Below, in pieces: positions 22,790 through 35,800 of a DNA stretch of 64,000 nt. The first letter of the stretch is position 1, and every line of letters begins with the position of its first letter. Under the pieces are notes generated by a model, which was not told the origin of the DNA, did no database searches, and saw only the letters and a program-made list of their open reading frames with translations. Position numbers and translations under genes: made by a program. Location: assembly GCA_000004985.1 (NCBI GenBank), contig GG738847.1, one strand, 5' to 3'. The DNA comes from Naegleria gruberi. Its lineage: Eukaryota.

Positions 22790-23140
22790 TTACTTTACAA
22801 TCAGATTCAAATCTATTTTTGAAAGGTTTTTTAATAATTGAATTATAATGGATTTTCTTGGAACTGAATAGTCATTACTTAAGTCAAACCAGTTAAAGAG
22901 ATAATAGTAGGTAGATGAATTGCTTTAATAAAAATGGTTCATGGAATGCCAACTTTAACCATTCATTTTGTAATATTTCCAGCAAGATGATGAATGGTCC
23001 AAGAAATCGAATAATAGATGAAGATGTGGAGGTTCTGGAAGTGGAAAGGAGAGTTGAATGAAGAATTTCTCTTTTGAATTTTCCCTCCACAATTCCAATT
23101 AAAAACAACAGAACGGACCACAAAAATCTCGAAGAAAAAA

Positions 23141-25687
23141 ATGCCAAAACAACAGCCGTTTTCTTCTTCCGCTGTTAATGCGGGAGAGTCTACCTCACTC
23201 CTCGGATCGTCGTCTTCAGGAGTTGCTGTTGGTGAATATGATAATTATGAAAATAATGATGGTGGTGACGGAATGATGGTGGGTTATCAACAGGACCATG
23301 GAATGGCTATTAATCATATTGGCGGAGGTTGGTTTGAATTATAATGAATTTTAATAGTTTAACACTTGTTTCTAACAGATTCCACAATTTATAGAAATAC
23401 GGAAACAGAATTTCCTAAAAAAACAACAAAGGATTCTATTGGACAATTTTATCAATTAAAAGAAAATGAGATGCTTGAAGAACATGAACAAGCTCTTGCC
23501 GAATGGGAATCGGAACAAAGTCAAAGATCATTCTTTTCAAAGTGGGTTCCAGGATACGATTTTGTAACGTCATGTAGGAAGGGAAATCGCTCTAATGATG
23601 TCGATGAAAGTCCAGTTCTTGATGACGGAGTTGCAGAGTTACATGTGGATAGAAGTGATGCTAAACCTCAAATCATTCCAGAATCACTCACACCAAAAAA
23701 GGAACACAAACTAGGTGAGCTTTTTGCCACTGCTATTTGTGGCAATGATATTACAAGTTCATGCTTGTATGTTATTGGTGTTTGTATCAGTTATGCAGGT
23801 ATTTGGGCTCCTATTTGTCTCTTACTTGTCAGTGTTTTACTCTTTTTATTTAGAGTATGTTTTTTTATTATCATTTTAATTTTAAATATGGAAAATTGCA
23901 ACATGACATTACTGGAATTATAGTCAATTTATGCAGAAGTAGGTTCTGCAATCACACTTAATGGTGCTTCTTATACACTCCTTTTGAACACTACATCGAA
24001 AAAGACTGCTTCCTTAGCTGCTTGTTTAACTGTAAGTCTCATAACATATTTGAGAATATTTAATTTGTGTGAAATTGCTTTCAGATTATTTCCTATGTTG
24101 CTACTGCTGTCGTTTCAGGAACCTCAGCTATTCAATACCTTAAAAATGTTCCATATTGTGAAGACATTCCCCTCATTCCTTCTACTGTAATTCTTTTGGC
24201 TATTTTTGCATTTTTGAATTTAATTGGTATTTCTGAGAGTGCTTTTGCTGCTGCTCTCATTTTTATTTTCCACCTCTTTTCACTTGCCACAGTTACCGTC
24301 TATGGAGGTCTTTATGTTTCTGTGACAAACAGTTTTGAAATGCTCCAAAGAAATTGGCAATTGAGTCAGAGTGATATTTCCGCTGTTGGAATGTAAGTTG
24401 TTTTTAAATGGAGAATTGAGAATTAATTTTCATAGTGCCAAATCAATCTTTTTCGGTTTTGGAGCTGCTATGCTTGGTGTTACAGGATTTGAAAGTAGTG
24501 CCAACTTTATTGAACAACAAAAACCAGGCGTTTTTCCAAAGACTTTGAGAAACATGTGGTGCTTGGTCTCATTCTTCAATCCAATTCTTTGCTTTATTTC
24601 TCTGTGTACACTCCCATTATCAGAATTGACTGACCCAGCTAAGAATGGTAGTGTCTTGTCTCAAGTTGGTAGAGTTTCTGCTGGCAAATGGCTTCAAATT
24701 ATGTTATCTTTGGATGCTGCTCTTGTACTGAGTGGTGGTGTATTGACAGCTTACGTTGGTATTATTGGTTTGGTTAGACAAATGTCTATGGATAGAGCCT
24801 TACCTTCATTCTTCCTCCAAGTTAATGCTTTCAGAAAGACCAATCACTTTATCATTATCTTGTTCTTCATTTTGTGTGCATCTATGGTCACTATTTTGAA
24901 TGGTGACATTGAAGCCTTGTCAGGAGTTTATACAATTTCCTTCCTTTCAGTTATGATGCTTTTTGCTATGGGTGACTTTTTGCTCAAGTACAAGAGAGGA
25001 CAACTCAAGAGAGACAGAAGAGCCAAAAAGACTGTGATTGTAGTTTCAGTCATTAGTGTTGGTATTGCATTGTTGGCCAATATTTTGGAAAATCCTGTTT
25101 ATCTTGAATACTTTGCTATTTATTATGCTATTTGTGCCTTGACCGTATTGGCCATGTTTTGGAGAGCCAAGATTATGAAGTTTGTCATATACTTGGTCTA
25201 TTCAAAACTAAGAGAATGGAAGATTGCCAAATCAGTCACAAATACAATTTTGAAGTTCTTGGTTAAGCAAGCAAAGAATGTGAACAGTCAATCATTTGTC
25301 TACTTTGCCAAAGATGATACGATAGCCATGTTGAATAAGGCCATTTTGTATGTTCGTGAAAATGAATTGACAGATTGGATCAAGATTGTGCACGTCTACA
25401 AGATTCCAAACACTGAGGAAGAGTATGTTAGACAACAAAAGACTATCGATAGAATCAGAAATGATTGTAAGAAATTGGATGAAGTTTATCCAAGAATGAG
25501 AATTGACTTTGTTGCTATTGAAAGTGAAAAAGGTTTCGGTGCTGATGTGATTAGATTAATCGAAAGTAGATTTGGCATTAGAAAGAACTTGATGTTTATT
25601 TCCTGTCCTGCTGCCAAATTTAAAGTTAGTGATCTTGGAGGTGTTCGTATTATTACAAATGATTCAAGTAGTGTTAGCTTCCTCTAA
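23141..25687 (+). CDS. APC-superfamily amino acid/polyamine-type transporter (5 exons: 23141..23327, 23379..23854, 23924..24031, 24085..24392, 24436..25687)
   Basis: Cytosolic N-terminus followed by multiple TM helices (ICGNDITSSCLYVIGVCISYAGIWAPICLLLVSVLLF; GFGAAMLGVTGFESSANFIEQQKPGVFPK ...), plus a C-terminal cytosolic domain. Four introns (51, 69, 53, 43 nt), all GT..AG with consistent phases 1,0,0,2. Confidence 0.7.
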
Positions 25688-25883
25688 ATTATAATCAATA
25701 CTTTGATTTCTAGTAGTAGTAGTAAATTTGAATATGTTCTGTAATTTTGTTAGAGGTATCTCTTTCTGCAGTGCATGTCCTAGATGAATTTCAAATAAAA
25801 TCAATTAATGAATAAATCGATCACAACAACATCATCTATGTCCTCTCAACCAACCTACAGACTGGAAGTCAACCAATCAAAAA

Positions 25884-28800
25884 ATGTCAAAACATCTCAT
25901 CATCACAGTGTTATTATTATTCATTACTTATTACACAAAGTCATCAACAACAGTATACATTGATTCAATAAATGGAATTGACTCTAATTGTTCATCATTA
26001 GAAAATCCATGCAAAACAATCTCCTATTTTGTTGATTCAATTTCCTTTCCGACTGATCAAAGTTTGATTAACATTGTTCTATTGACAGATTGGTTGGATG
26101 AATATGAATGTTTAAATTTCAAGAATAGAAACATTACTCGGGTTCATTTCATGGGATTTAATGGTTCATTTGTTAAAATTAAATGTAATCCAATGGCTTA
26201 TTTTGTGACTCTAGTTAGATTTTCAAATGTGGAAATGGATTTTGTAACAACCAAATTTAACACTTTGGAAATTGTTGATAGTATTGTTAATAATGTTGGT
26301 ATTACAAGAAGTGCAAATAGAGTTCTTTTGGATAATGTACAAATGGGAAGATGGATAGTATTTAACCATGTCGACTCGTTGATGATTAACAATTCCAAAT
26401 TTGGGAGAGCATCATTGCATCTTACTGGTGGTTCTTACATTAGTAATTCAACATTTTCGAATAGCGTACTCAAAATTGACATGGATAGTGCACAACAACA
26501 TCTAACAGTCATTAATGGCTCAAGTTTTATGGAAAGTTCAGTTCAAGTAACAGGCAGTGGCCAATTTATTGTAGATCGTTGCAGTTTTACAAAGAATATT
26601 CCTTCACAATTGGAAAAACCTTATGCACTCTTTATTCAATCCATTTTCTTGTTGAAAATTTCAGTTTCATATTGTAATTTTACAAATTTCAATTTGGGAG
26701 TAGTGTATTTAACAGGAATTGGACTTAGTGGCGAAATTACAAATTCAATCTTTTCTAATAACTCGAATACAGGTGGGGGTGGGGCAATATCTTTAAATAG
26801 TATACAAATATTACAGGTTAGGGAGTCTGTTTTCATTAATAATAGACAAATTGGAGCAGGTAATGAGAATTTTGCAGATCAAGTTGGAGGAGGAGCTATT
26901 TATCAATATCAATCATTGCTCAGGACTGAGTATTGTAAATTTATTAAGAATGAGGCAATTACAGGTGGAGCTATTTTCTCATTCCACGCCTATCAGTACA
27001 GCTCGAGTTTTGATGTAAGTTTCACAACACTACTACTTGGCTCACAAAGAATAGCAATTTCTTAACAACTCGGCAGTTTATGGTGGAGCATACTCTTCCA
27101 TTTATTCATCATCATCGAGCACTGCCAATATTTACATTTATACCAGTTTATTTCAGTATAATAGAGCTCGAAAATATGGTGGTGCTATTTTCACACTGAG
27201 AGGTTCTCTTTTTTTCACCCAAATTCCAATAGTATCGTTTAATGGTGCTGATATTTTAGGAGGAGGAATTTATTTGATTGGAACCACTACATCATTGCAT
27301 TCTGAATCCTTTTACAATAATTATATAAATGGTGGTGGTGGTGGTGAATATTCAGATGTTGCTTCATTTCCTGAGCTGATTGAGGCAACTATTTCAGAGA
27401 AGAATTTTATTTCATACAATAACAAATCACAAATTGACATGATCTATATGAGATTTGGTGAAACTATATCTATTGATATACTATTATTTGATACTATTGA
27501 TGGAAAACCTAATATGGTTAATTCAAATACTGAATTTGAAATTAGTGTGGAAATTGAAAAAATTGCAGTATTTGATAAATTAGAAGCAAGTAATACCAGC
27601 GTGACTGGTGTCTTATATTCGAAAGTAGTACAAGAAAAAATCAGTAATTTCACTCTCACAATTACCATCAAATCAACACTTTTCACAACAGAAGCTTACA
27701 ATCGAAAAATTTCAATTCAAGCAATACCAACCCAATGTCAATCATGGTTCAGTTTACAGAGACAATCAAAGAAATTGTATGGAGATGATATTTATGCATG
27801 TACTTTCAATGTTGCATTAGTGTCCCCTTTTATAATTGCATCCATTGTTGTAATTTGTTGTCTATCATCAATTATTGTAATGGTTTCATGTTACAAACTC
27901 TATGGCATGCGTAGTAAAATCAAAATTCTTCACAAGAAGGAGAAAGCAGAGGAAGAATTGACTCAAAAGCTATTGGAATTACAAACCATGTACACAACAG
28001 AATTGGAAAGTAAATATTCATTGAAGAATTGGCTTATTAGAGTTGAGGATATCAAGATTGTGAAAAAAATTGGAGAAGGCGGAATGGGAGTTGTATATTT
28101 GGCATTGTAGGTTTTCATTTCTAGTATTTCAACATTAACATTTACCAATTTAGGTGGTCCAATGTAGAAGTTGCCTTAAAAACCATCAAATTGAGAGATG
28201 AGGATATTGATAGTGATGAGTTTGAACACGAATCTTCAATGTTATCATCAATAAGACATCCAAATATTGTAAATTTTTATGGAGTTTGCCTTTCTAAGGA
28301 ATCTAAATTCATAGTGACTGAATATGTGAGTGGAGGAAGTTTGGATAATTTAATTTATGATTGTAAATTGAAGAGAAACCACATTAATTTACGTGAAAAG
28401 ATTTCAATTCTACTTGGAATTGCTAATGGAATGAGCTATTTACATGGAAAAGACAAGTGTATCATTCATAGAGATTTGAAACCTGCTAATATCTTACTTT
28501 CTAATGATTTCATTCCGAAAATAACAGATTTTGGTCTAGCTCGATTATCTGAAAACTCAAATAGTACCAAAACAGGACATGTTGGAACCTTACTGTTCAT
28601 GAGTCCAGAAATTCTATTAGGACAATATTACAATGAAACATCAGATGTGTTCAGCTTTTCCATTATTATGTGGCAATTATTGTTTGATGAAAGTAATTTG
28701 TTCCACCATGATTATGCTACCAATCCTAAATATGTTTCAATCATGTCTAAACAAGAACAAGAAACTTTTGCTTCCTTCAAGTTTCAACCTTCACTTTTGC

Positions 28801-29099
28801 TTATTCCAAAATTAGTTTCAGAGGGTTTACGTTTGCCAATACCAACCTTACCAATCAATTCTCAATCCCAAATTATGAAATTGTGGATTAGAGAATATTT
28901 TCTATCTGAGGATTTGAAATACAGTACTTCTCAAGTAATCAAATCAGAAGATAGTGTAACTAATATCTACCTCAATGCATTGAATGAAATATTTTCAATT
29001 ATGAAATTGTGTTGGAGTGAGGACATTTATCAAAGGCCACCTTTTACAGAAATTGCTTTGAAATTAGTGGAAATTCAAAAAACAACTGTTTTTAAATGA
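25884..29099 (+). CDS. Receptor-type protein kinase (TKL-like): signal peptide, beta-helix-like repeat ectodomain, TM helix, cytoplasmic kinase (exons 25884..27014, 27055..28106, 28154..29099)
   Basis: Signal peptide MSKHLIITVLLLFITYY. Ectodomain has GGGAI/GGAIF-type repeats (NTGGGGAISLN, GGGAIYQYQ, YGGAIFTL, GGGIYLIG). TM IIASIVVICCLSSIIVMV. Kinase motifs IGEGGMGVVY, VALK, HRDLKPANILL, DFGLARL, SPE. Introns of 40 and 47 nt in phase. Confidence 0.75.
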
Positions 29100-29152
29100 A
29101 ATGCTTTACAAAAATTAGTGTAAATATTACGGTTGAGAAAGTGTTGTTTGAT

Positions 29153-31270
29153 CTACTGCATTTCTTTTATTGGAAGTGTTTGAATGGGATTATTGAGAAT
29201 ATTGAGATACTCCTGGTACCATGAATGTTTCGAATATTTGAGAGCATTATCTTGAACACTCTGTTCATACTTGAGAATATCTGAGAGCGAGTCAGGAACT
29301 GGTCTTCTTCCATTCGAGGTATGTTCCTTAAGGGCATTCAACATGTTTTCCTCCAAATGGGCTGCCCTAACTTTCCACAATTTAGTTGACATTAGTTTTG
29401 AAATATGAGAAGGTAAATGATAGTCCACATAAATGACATGAATCAAACGAGTTGCCTTCTCATTGACCCTTCTAATAATATACATGAATAGTCCATCAAA
29501 TATAACAGAATCCTTTGGCGGTGAATAGCCAGGATATTTACACGTATGACCAAAGTTAATATAACCATCCAAAACTTCATCGAAAACAGTTGTTTGTAAA
29601 TTGGGAAAATCTCTCGATTTCACACCTGGAATTTTGGAATCAATCAAACATTTGGAGAATTGTAGGGAGAGGGGAACTTCCTTTCCTTGGGAAGGGTCGC
29701 TTGCCTTTTCAAAAATGTTTTCCTTGTCAACTAGTGTTCCACATGGTGAGTAGTGAACTAGTTCAACACTGGTGGGAGTTACAGCTCCTTTTTGGGTCAA
29801 TTGCAAATCTTTGAAAACTTTCCAAACATCTTCCAATGGATAGGGTATCAAGGATGACATTTTGAAAAGTTTCATTGCTTCGTTTTGTTCTCCAAATGAA
29901 TAAGTTGTCTTGGAATTGTAAAGTTGTGTCTTGTTTGAAACTTTGGACGATTTAATCGAATCCCAATCAGGAGAATCCTCTGCCATTGTTAAAGAAAACA
30001 ATAAATCCCTTTCCAATATTTGAACCTTATTAAAATCTTTCAATTTGTATCGAATATCAATATTGTAACCTCTTGATATATCAACAGCAATACTTCTTGT
30101 AAAGTTTTCTCCTTGTTTCTCTAAGAATTCAAAGAGTTCTTTCGATCTGGCAAATCGAGGGAATTGATCACTCTTCAAATCTAGCTCAACAGCAAACACT
30201 GCCTTTTCGAATACTTTTTCTGGATCCATCATGTTGAAAATTCGAATTAAATCATTGTACGTAATAGTTTTCACTTCACTCAATGAAGGATACATTCTCA
30301 CTGGAGAAACCTCTGTTACTAGTATTGCTGATCCTTTAATTACTGGACTCGAAGGAAGATTAAGTGGAGATTCGGATAAATAATCACCATTATTCGAAGT
30401 GACTGAACCCTTTCTTTTTGGAACTACATCTCTCATCTTTTGTAACATGTATGGTTCTATTTCTGAATTCCAATAATTGAGAATTTTGTTTTGAGATTTT
30501 CCCAAATTAAGTTCCATCAAACTTGCAGATTTGATAAAAGTGCCAAGAATTTGTTTTGCCAGATCATAAACATGTTTACAATATTTCATAGTCTGTTCTA
30601 GACAATTTGAATCATCTAGTTGATTTTTCAATTGTAAAATCTGATGTTTGCATTTGAGATATTCCTTTCTGAATTTGGTCAACTCGTTAAAGAAAATCAT
30701 TGGTTCTTCATTGCAGGCAACTTTTTTGAGATAAATTCTGAAAACTTCTCTTGCTTCGCTATTATTCATGACCTCCTCGTAAATGATCATATAGTTTCTT
30801 GGATCGAATTTTGTCTTTTTCTTTTTGAAAAAACTTCCTCTTCCTTCGGTTGACCTAGGTGAGGTTGCTGATTGGCTTGTTGGTGAGATTGGTAGGGGAT
30901 AATCCTCTTCATTGAAGGCAACTATAATCTCTGTATCGTCTATCAAAGCTTGATCATCATTCTTTGCCAAATCTCTAGTGGAAAGACTCTCCTTAAATGA
31001 TTGAGAAGCTTTTGAAATTTTATCCTTGAGAAAGTTCTTTAAACTTTTTTGTTTTGATAGAGGAGAAAGTGTTCCAGTTTCATCGGGTGATTGATTCTTG
31101 GGTGAGGATGGCTGGTTGGAATCAACAGAGTTTATCGAAGTGTTATTGTTATTATTTTGAGTTACGTTTGACTTGTGTAGTTTTAGTAATTTAATAATTG
31201 ATGAAGAACGACCCGATGATGACGATGAAGGTGGTTGTTGTAAGGTTTCAGTTGTTTCATTCGTGGTCAT
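29153..31270 (-). CDS. RGS-domain protein (705 aa) with Ser/Asn-rich N-terminus
   Basis: RGS-like block YMIIYEEVMNNSEAREVFRIYLKKVACNEEPMIFFNELTKFRKEY...VYDLAKQILGTFIKSASLMELNL. Single long ORF. Confidence 0.6.
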   Translation of the reverse strand: MTTNETTETLQQPPSSSSSGRSSSIIKLLKLHKSNVTQNNNNNTSINSVDSNQPSSPKNQSPDETGTLSPLSKQKSLKNFLKDKISKASQSFKESLSTRDLAKNDDQALIDDTEIIVAFNEEDYPLPISPTSQSATSPRSTEGRGSFFKKKKTKFDPRNYMIIYEEVMNNSEAREVFRIYLKKVACNEEPMIFFNELTKFRKEYLKCKHQILQLKNQLDDSNCLEQTMKYCKHVYDLAKQILGTFIKSASLMELNLGKSQNKILNYWNSEIEPYMLQKMRDVVPKRKGSVTSNNGDYLSESPLNLPSSPVIKGSAILVTEVSPVRMYPSLSEVKTITYNDLIRIFNMMDPEKVFEKAVFAVELDLKSDQFPRFARSKELFEFLEKQGENFTRSIAVDISRGYNIDIRYKLKDFNKVQILERDLLFSLTMAEDSPDWDSIKSSKVSNKTQLYNSKTTYSFGEQNEAMKLFKMSSLIPYPLEDVWKVFKDLQLTQKGAVTPTSVELVHYSPCGTLVDKENIFEKASDPSQGKEVPLSLQFSKCLIDSKIPGVKSRDFPNLQTTVFDEVLDGYINFGHTCKYPGYSPPKDSVIFDGLFMYIIRRVNEKATRLIHVIYVDYHLPSHISKLMSTKLWKVRAAHLEENMLNALKEHTSNGRRPVPDSLSDILKYEQSVQDNALKYSKHSWYQEYLNILNNPIQTLPIKEMQ

Positions 31271-31970
31271 TTTGTGTTTTTTCTTCTATGAATTGTTTAT
31301 GCAGATTTCAGAGTTTACAGAGCTATGAGAAAGTTGACTAGTCTTGATGCCACAGAGAGAGACGGGAAAATTATCAAAAGAGTATGTTTTTTTCGAAATT
31401 AAGAAGTTTACTTGCTTCTTAAAACATTACTATCGGTCAATCAACACCAATCCCATAAAACATGAATTATCGGATTAGTCATGATTAGTTTTTAAAATTC
31501 GGTGACAAAGATTCCCATGAAAAAATCATGTTGATAAGATGCACCTCTCTCAATCATTCACTATTCCTGTCAATTACTTGACAAAACATTCACCTTACAA
31601 TGAGAATCAATTATTACTGTCATTTGCCATTCGAAAGGCTGTTTTTCGCCTTTATCTACTTGAACAAATTAATATTCAGCACATTGGATCTGATTAATTT
31701 CTCCAATTATCTTTGCAACTTAATCGATTTTGAAAATGTATCAAGTGGATTTTCATTTTGTAAATTGTTAAAAGTTTAAAGCAAAATACTTGAAAAGATT
31801 TTCTTTTAAAAATAACACAAAAAAATGCCAGTTTTTCAAAATACGGAAAAGTAAGTGAAAAATTAATGACGATCGATCGGGTGGAAAATTATGATGATAT
31901 TGATGATTAATAATTTGTTATAATTCGTAATGATATAATTTTGTTTTGTTGCAATGTGTGAAAAATTGAT

Positions 31971-32636
31971 ATGATGATCAAAATGTGTGTTGGTTGTGGA
32001 ATTAATTTTCGGAATGATGATGTAAAAAGATTTTCAACAGCTGTTGCCTTGATGAATACAATTGATCCTCCACAATTGTTCTTCAAACTTTTAAATCACA
32101 TTCTCTTAAAAAAGCTCTCCTCTGAAAATCAATCATTTTCCAGTCTTGAAAAAGAACGTTTATTAGAAACATTCCCAATGATTAAGAATGACAAACTCTT
32201 AGTATTATTAATTGATGGTTGTAGCTATGTTTTTGAACAAGCTCTCTATAATGCTTTAAATCCAGAAAAATTATTCCAAGAATTGACTGAATCACAAAGT
32301 GGTATTTCTGAAACACATGCTCAAGCTTTTCAAGAAGCTTGGAGAGTGAAAGGAAGAGAATATATGAATACTGCTAAGGAACACACTCTTGGAGGACCAG
32401 TTGTTTTGGAAAACTTTGATTGGCGTTTACAAATGCAAATTTCTGAATCAGATCTCTCCAAAATGAAGATACCTAATGTCTTGTTTGAATTCACAACACT
32501 TGACTATCAAAATAAGAATACTGAAACAATGAAACCAAAAGAGGAAAATATTGTGGTGGAATTTACTAAAGAAGAATTGTATGGATTCTTTACAAAACTT
32601 GAAGCTATTCAAAATCAATTGGATAAGATTAGTTAA
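31971..32636 (+). CDS. COMM domain-containing protein
   Basis: C-terminal VLENFDWRLQMQISESDLSKMKIPNVLFEFT...VVEFTKEELYGFFTKLEAIQNQLDKI matches the COMM domain pattern (DfDWrl...ss....P.l.l.l); about 220 aa, as for COMMD proteins. Confidence 0.5.
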   Translation: MMIKMCVGCGINFRNDDVKRFSTAVALMNTIDPPQLFFKLLNHILLKKLSSENQSFSSLEKERLLETFPMIKNDKLLVLLIDGCSYVFEQALYNALNPEKLFQELTESQSGISETHAQAFQEAWRVKGREYMNTAKEHTLGGPVVLENFDWRLQMQISESDLSKMKIPNVLFEFTTLDYQNKNTETMKPKEENIVVEFTKEELYGFFTKLEAIQNQLDKIS

Positions 32637-32858
32637 ATATCTTTTGTTGTGTATTATAGAAAACTATTTAAAACTATTGAAATTGTATTAAAAAAAATTA
32701 TGTCTTTCAATTATTTTGATTTTTTAATCGTAGATGATACCCTATGAACCTTATTATCATTCTATGGACAATTTTAAATGTATTGAAACATAATGTATTA
32801 ACAAAATTTAATAAATATTAAATATTAAATGTTAAAAATAAAAATAATTTAAAAAAAA

Positions 32859-34274
32859 ATGAAGTCAAAGCTTATTCAGAAAATTTCATCAACAAACTTT
32901 GATCTTGGAGCCTGTGCAGCCTTCCACAATCTCTTCACCGTTCATCACTTTAGTAATGAGAAGAATAAATTGGAAATTTTCGCAATTTTTGAAGAAAACA
33001 AAGCGGAAGAACAAGATAAGAAGGATTCAAGCCTTGGTGATGGTCAAGAACAACAACAAAATCCAACTCTATCGGGAGGATTAGAAGTTAAAACACCAGG
33101 AATGACCTTTCAGAAATTACGTGAATTGGATGAAGTTAAATTATTTTGTATTGTGCCTCTTTCTACTCTTTTCGAGGAGAGAAATTTGGTGATTTGTATT
33201 ATGAATGATAATTCAAAGAAATTAGTTTATATTAGTAGAGGTATTAAATCAACAAGTGAATATAATGTAAAGGATGTGGAAGATCAAATTCCTTCAACTA
33301 TTACTGATTTGCTTGATTCTGAGTGTTTGATGAGTTCTTGCTCTTCGGGATACTTTAGTTTTTATTCACCACAACATAATTTATTACAAATTATTAGAAT
33401 TAGTATGGCTAATCAAGGTTTGGTATTTGATAAGATTGCAGATATTGACATTTTCTCAAAGAAGGCCTATAGCTTACAATTAACACATTCTCATGTTGTG
33501 CTTGGACAATTGAATTCTATTCAACTTTGTGATTGGAGATATCAACAAATTAAGCAAAATAATAGTGACAACTCTAATTCAAATCTTAGAACAACAGGAA
33601 GAATTATTTATTTGCCAAAGGTTACTAAAACCACAAAGAAGAAGGCAAAGCAAGGAATTACCACAGAAAAGAATGGCTTACTAGTTCCAAAGAAAGAGGG
33701 AGAATCAGCAACAGCTGCAACCACATCAACAACAAGTGAATCAACAACAAATACTCAACCATCAACAACAAGTGAAAAACCTATTCTTGTTGAAGAGACT
33801 ATTTCAACAATTAGTAAGCAAAGAGATGAAAAAGTTAAGGATGTAAAGAGTTTGAGCAATAACTCATTCATCATATTATCAAGCTTGGGTAATTTATACT
33901 TATTGAACTGTCTCATGCCAAATGAGGGAGATGTTTTCGTCAAGCTTTCTCTTCCAATTACCAATGAAAAGCTCTCAAAGATCACTAGTTTTGATGTCTT
34001 ATCAACACAATTGGAACCACTTTATAATCCATCCTTATCAGGACTTTTGGTATTGGCTTTTGAAAATTCAGACACTATTGTTGTTACATCATTGAAACCA
34101 ATTTATTCATATTTACAAACCAAACAATCACAACCAAAGGAGCCATCTGTAATTGATATTGGAATTGACAATACGATTTTTAGCACTGACATTATCCATG
34201 GTCTTTGCTTGTCTGCTGTTAACAATCTAGTTGTTTCAGACAAAAAAGAAATATTAATGTATCAAATAATTTAA
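32859..34274 (+). CDS. Hypothetical protein (471 aa) with Thr/Ser-rich linker
   Basis: Uninterrupted ORF with ATG at 32859. No recognised domain. Its 3' end overlaps the 3' end of the gatA-like gene by 4 nt. Confidence 0.45.
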   Translation: MKSKLIQKISSTNFDLGACAAFHNLFTVHHFSNEKNKLEIFAIFEENKAEEQDKKDSSLGDGQEQQQNPTLSGGLEVKTPGMTFQKLRELDEVKLFCIVPLSTLFEERNLVICIMNDNSKKLVYISRGIKSTSEYNVKDVEDQIPSTITDLLDSECLMSSCSSGYFSFYSPQHNLLQIIRISMANQGLVFDKIADIDIFSKKAYSLQLTHSHVVLGQLNSIQLCDWRYQQIKQNNSDNSNSNLRTTGRIIYLPKVTKTTKKKAKQGITTEKNGLLVPKKEGESATAATTSTTSESTTNTQPSTTSEKPILVEETISTISKQRDEKVKDVKSLSNNSFIILSSLGNLYLLNCLMPNEGDVFVKLSLPITNEKLSKITSFDVLSTQLEPLYNPSLSGLLVLAFENSDTIVVTSLKPIYSYLQTKQSQPKEPSVIDIGIDNTIFSTDIIHGLCLSAVNNLVVSDKKEILMYQII

Positions 34275-35800
34275 GCAAGTTTAACTTTCTCTAAAACAGT
34301 GGCACCTTCGAGACATGATTGTTCACTCAAAGCAATTAATTGTAAACCAATCTTTGATTTGGAACCCTCCTTATTTGGATCATTAATTTCAATAGGCACA
34401 GATATTGCTGGCACACCTGCTAAACTGCTTGGAACGGTAAAGATATCATTAACAAACATTTCCACAGGTGACATCTTTGTAAATAAATCTCTATCAATAG
34501 CTGGGGTAGGTGTGCAAGGCGTTAATAAATAATCAATTCCTTGATCTTGTAAAACTTGATAAAAATCGTTAGCAATTAATCTTCTGGTTTGTTGGGCCTT
34601 CTTGAAGAAGGTATCATACTTATCTACTGAAAGGGCAAAATTACCAGAAACAATTCTTCTCAAAACTTCATTTCCAAAACCTTCGCTTCTATTTTGTAAA
34701 TAATATGCAAGTAAATCTTGATTCTTTGAGACCTTATTACCATATCTCAAACCATCATATCTAGATAAATTGGAAGAAGCCTCAGCTGTTGCAATAACAT
34801 AATAAGTAGAGAGAGCTTCTTTTGAGTGTGGTAAGGAAACATATTCAACTTGAGCTCCAGTTTGATCTTGTATCCATTTAATAGTTTCTTCCCAAACTTT
34901 AACAATATTATCATTCAATTCATCAACGAAATATTCAACAGGAATACCAATCTTGACATTCTTGAGTATTCCCTTATTATATTCATTATCAATTGAATCC
35001 AATTTAGATAAATCCACAGGTGAAACATTGAGTTTTGTAGTTGGATCATTTTGATCATTTCCACTAAGAGTATTAAAAACAATTGCACTTTCCCTGACAG
35101 TCTTTGAGAAAATTCCACAAGTATCAAGAGAAGATCCATAAGAAATCATACCATATCTACTGCATGAACCATAGGATGGTTTAAACCCAACAACTCCACA
35201 ATATGATGCAGGTAAACGAACACTACCACCTGTATCAGTACCTAAAGAGCTATATAATTATATACTAATTAATAAATGAATTTAACATTAAATCACATAC
35301 AAGAAACAACTTTCCTCAGCAACACAAGCAGCACTACCTCCTGAACTTCCTCCAGCAATTTTCTTTTCATCGAGTGGATTTCTAGTTTCTCCAAAAGCTC
35401 CAAAAATTGTACCACTTCCCATAGCAAACTCATCCATATTTGTTTTTCCAATCATGACAGCACCTACATCTTCCAATCGTTTTACTACAGTAGCTGTGTA
35501 TGGTGGAATGTAATCCTTAAGAATATTACTAGCCATTGTTGTTTGAATTCCTTGCGTACAGAAAGCATCCTTCACAGCAAAAGGAACACCTTTAAGTGGA
35601 TGTTCTGGTTTTTCATGTGATTCATCCAACTTTTTCTTGGCATACTCTGGACATGTTCTAATGTAGGCATTAAATTTATTTTCCGAAGCCTTGTTCAAAC
35701 AATAATTCAAAACTCCTTCTCCGTTTTTAAAAGATGATGAAGCCTTTGCTTTAGAAAAACAGAGGGAAAGCAATTTGGATGCTTCTTGTGGTGATGGCAT
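34271..35800 (-). CDS. gatA: Glutamyl-tRNA(Gln) amidotransferase subunit A-like amidase (exons 35301..35800, 34271..35249)
   Basis: Amidase signature [12 protein letters not shown]...[15 protein letters not shown] spans a 51-nt GTATGT..TATAG intron in phase 2. The rest of the protein is colinear with GatA/QRSL1. Confidence 0.8.

Noticed and set aside
22893-23147. 84-aa ORF on the - strand
   Set aside because: It sits in the 5' flank of the APC transporter gene, antisense to its start. No support.
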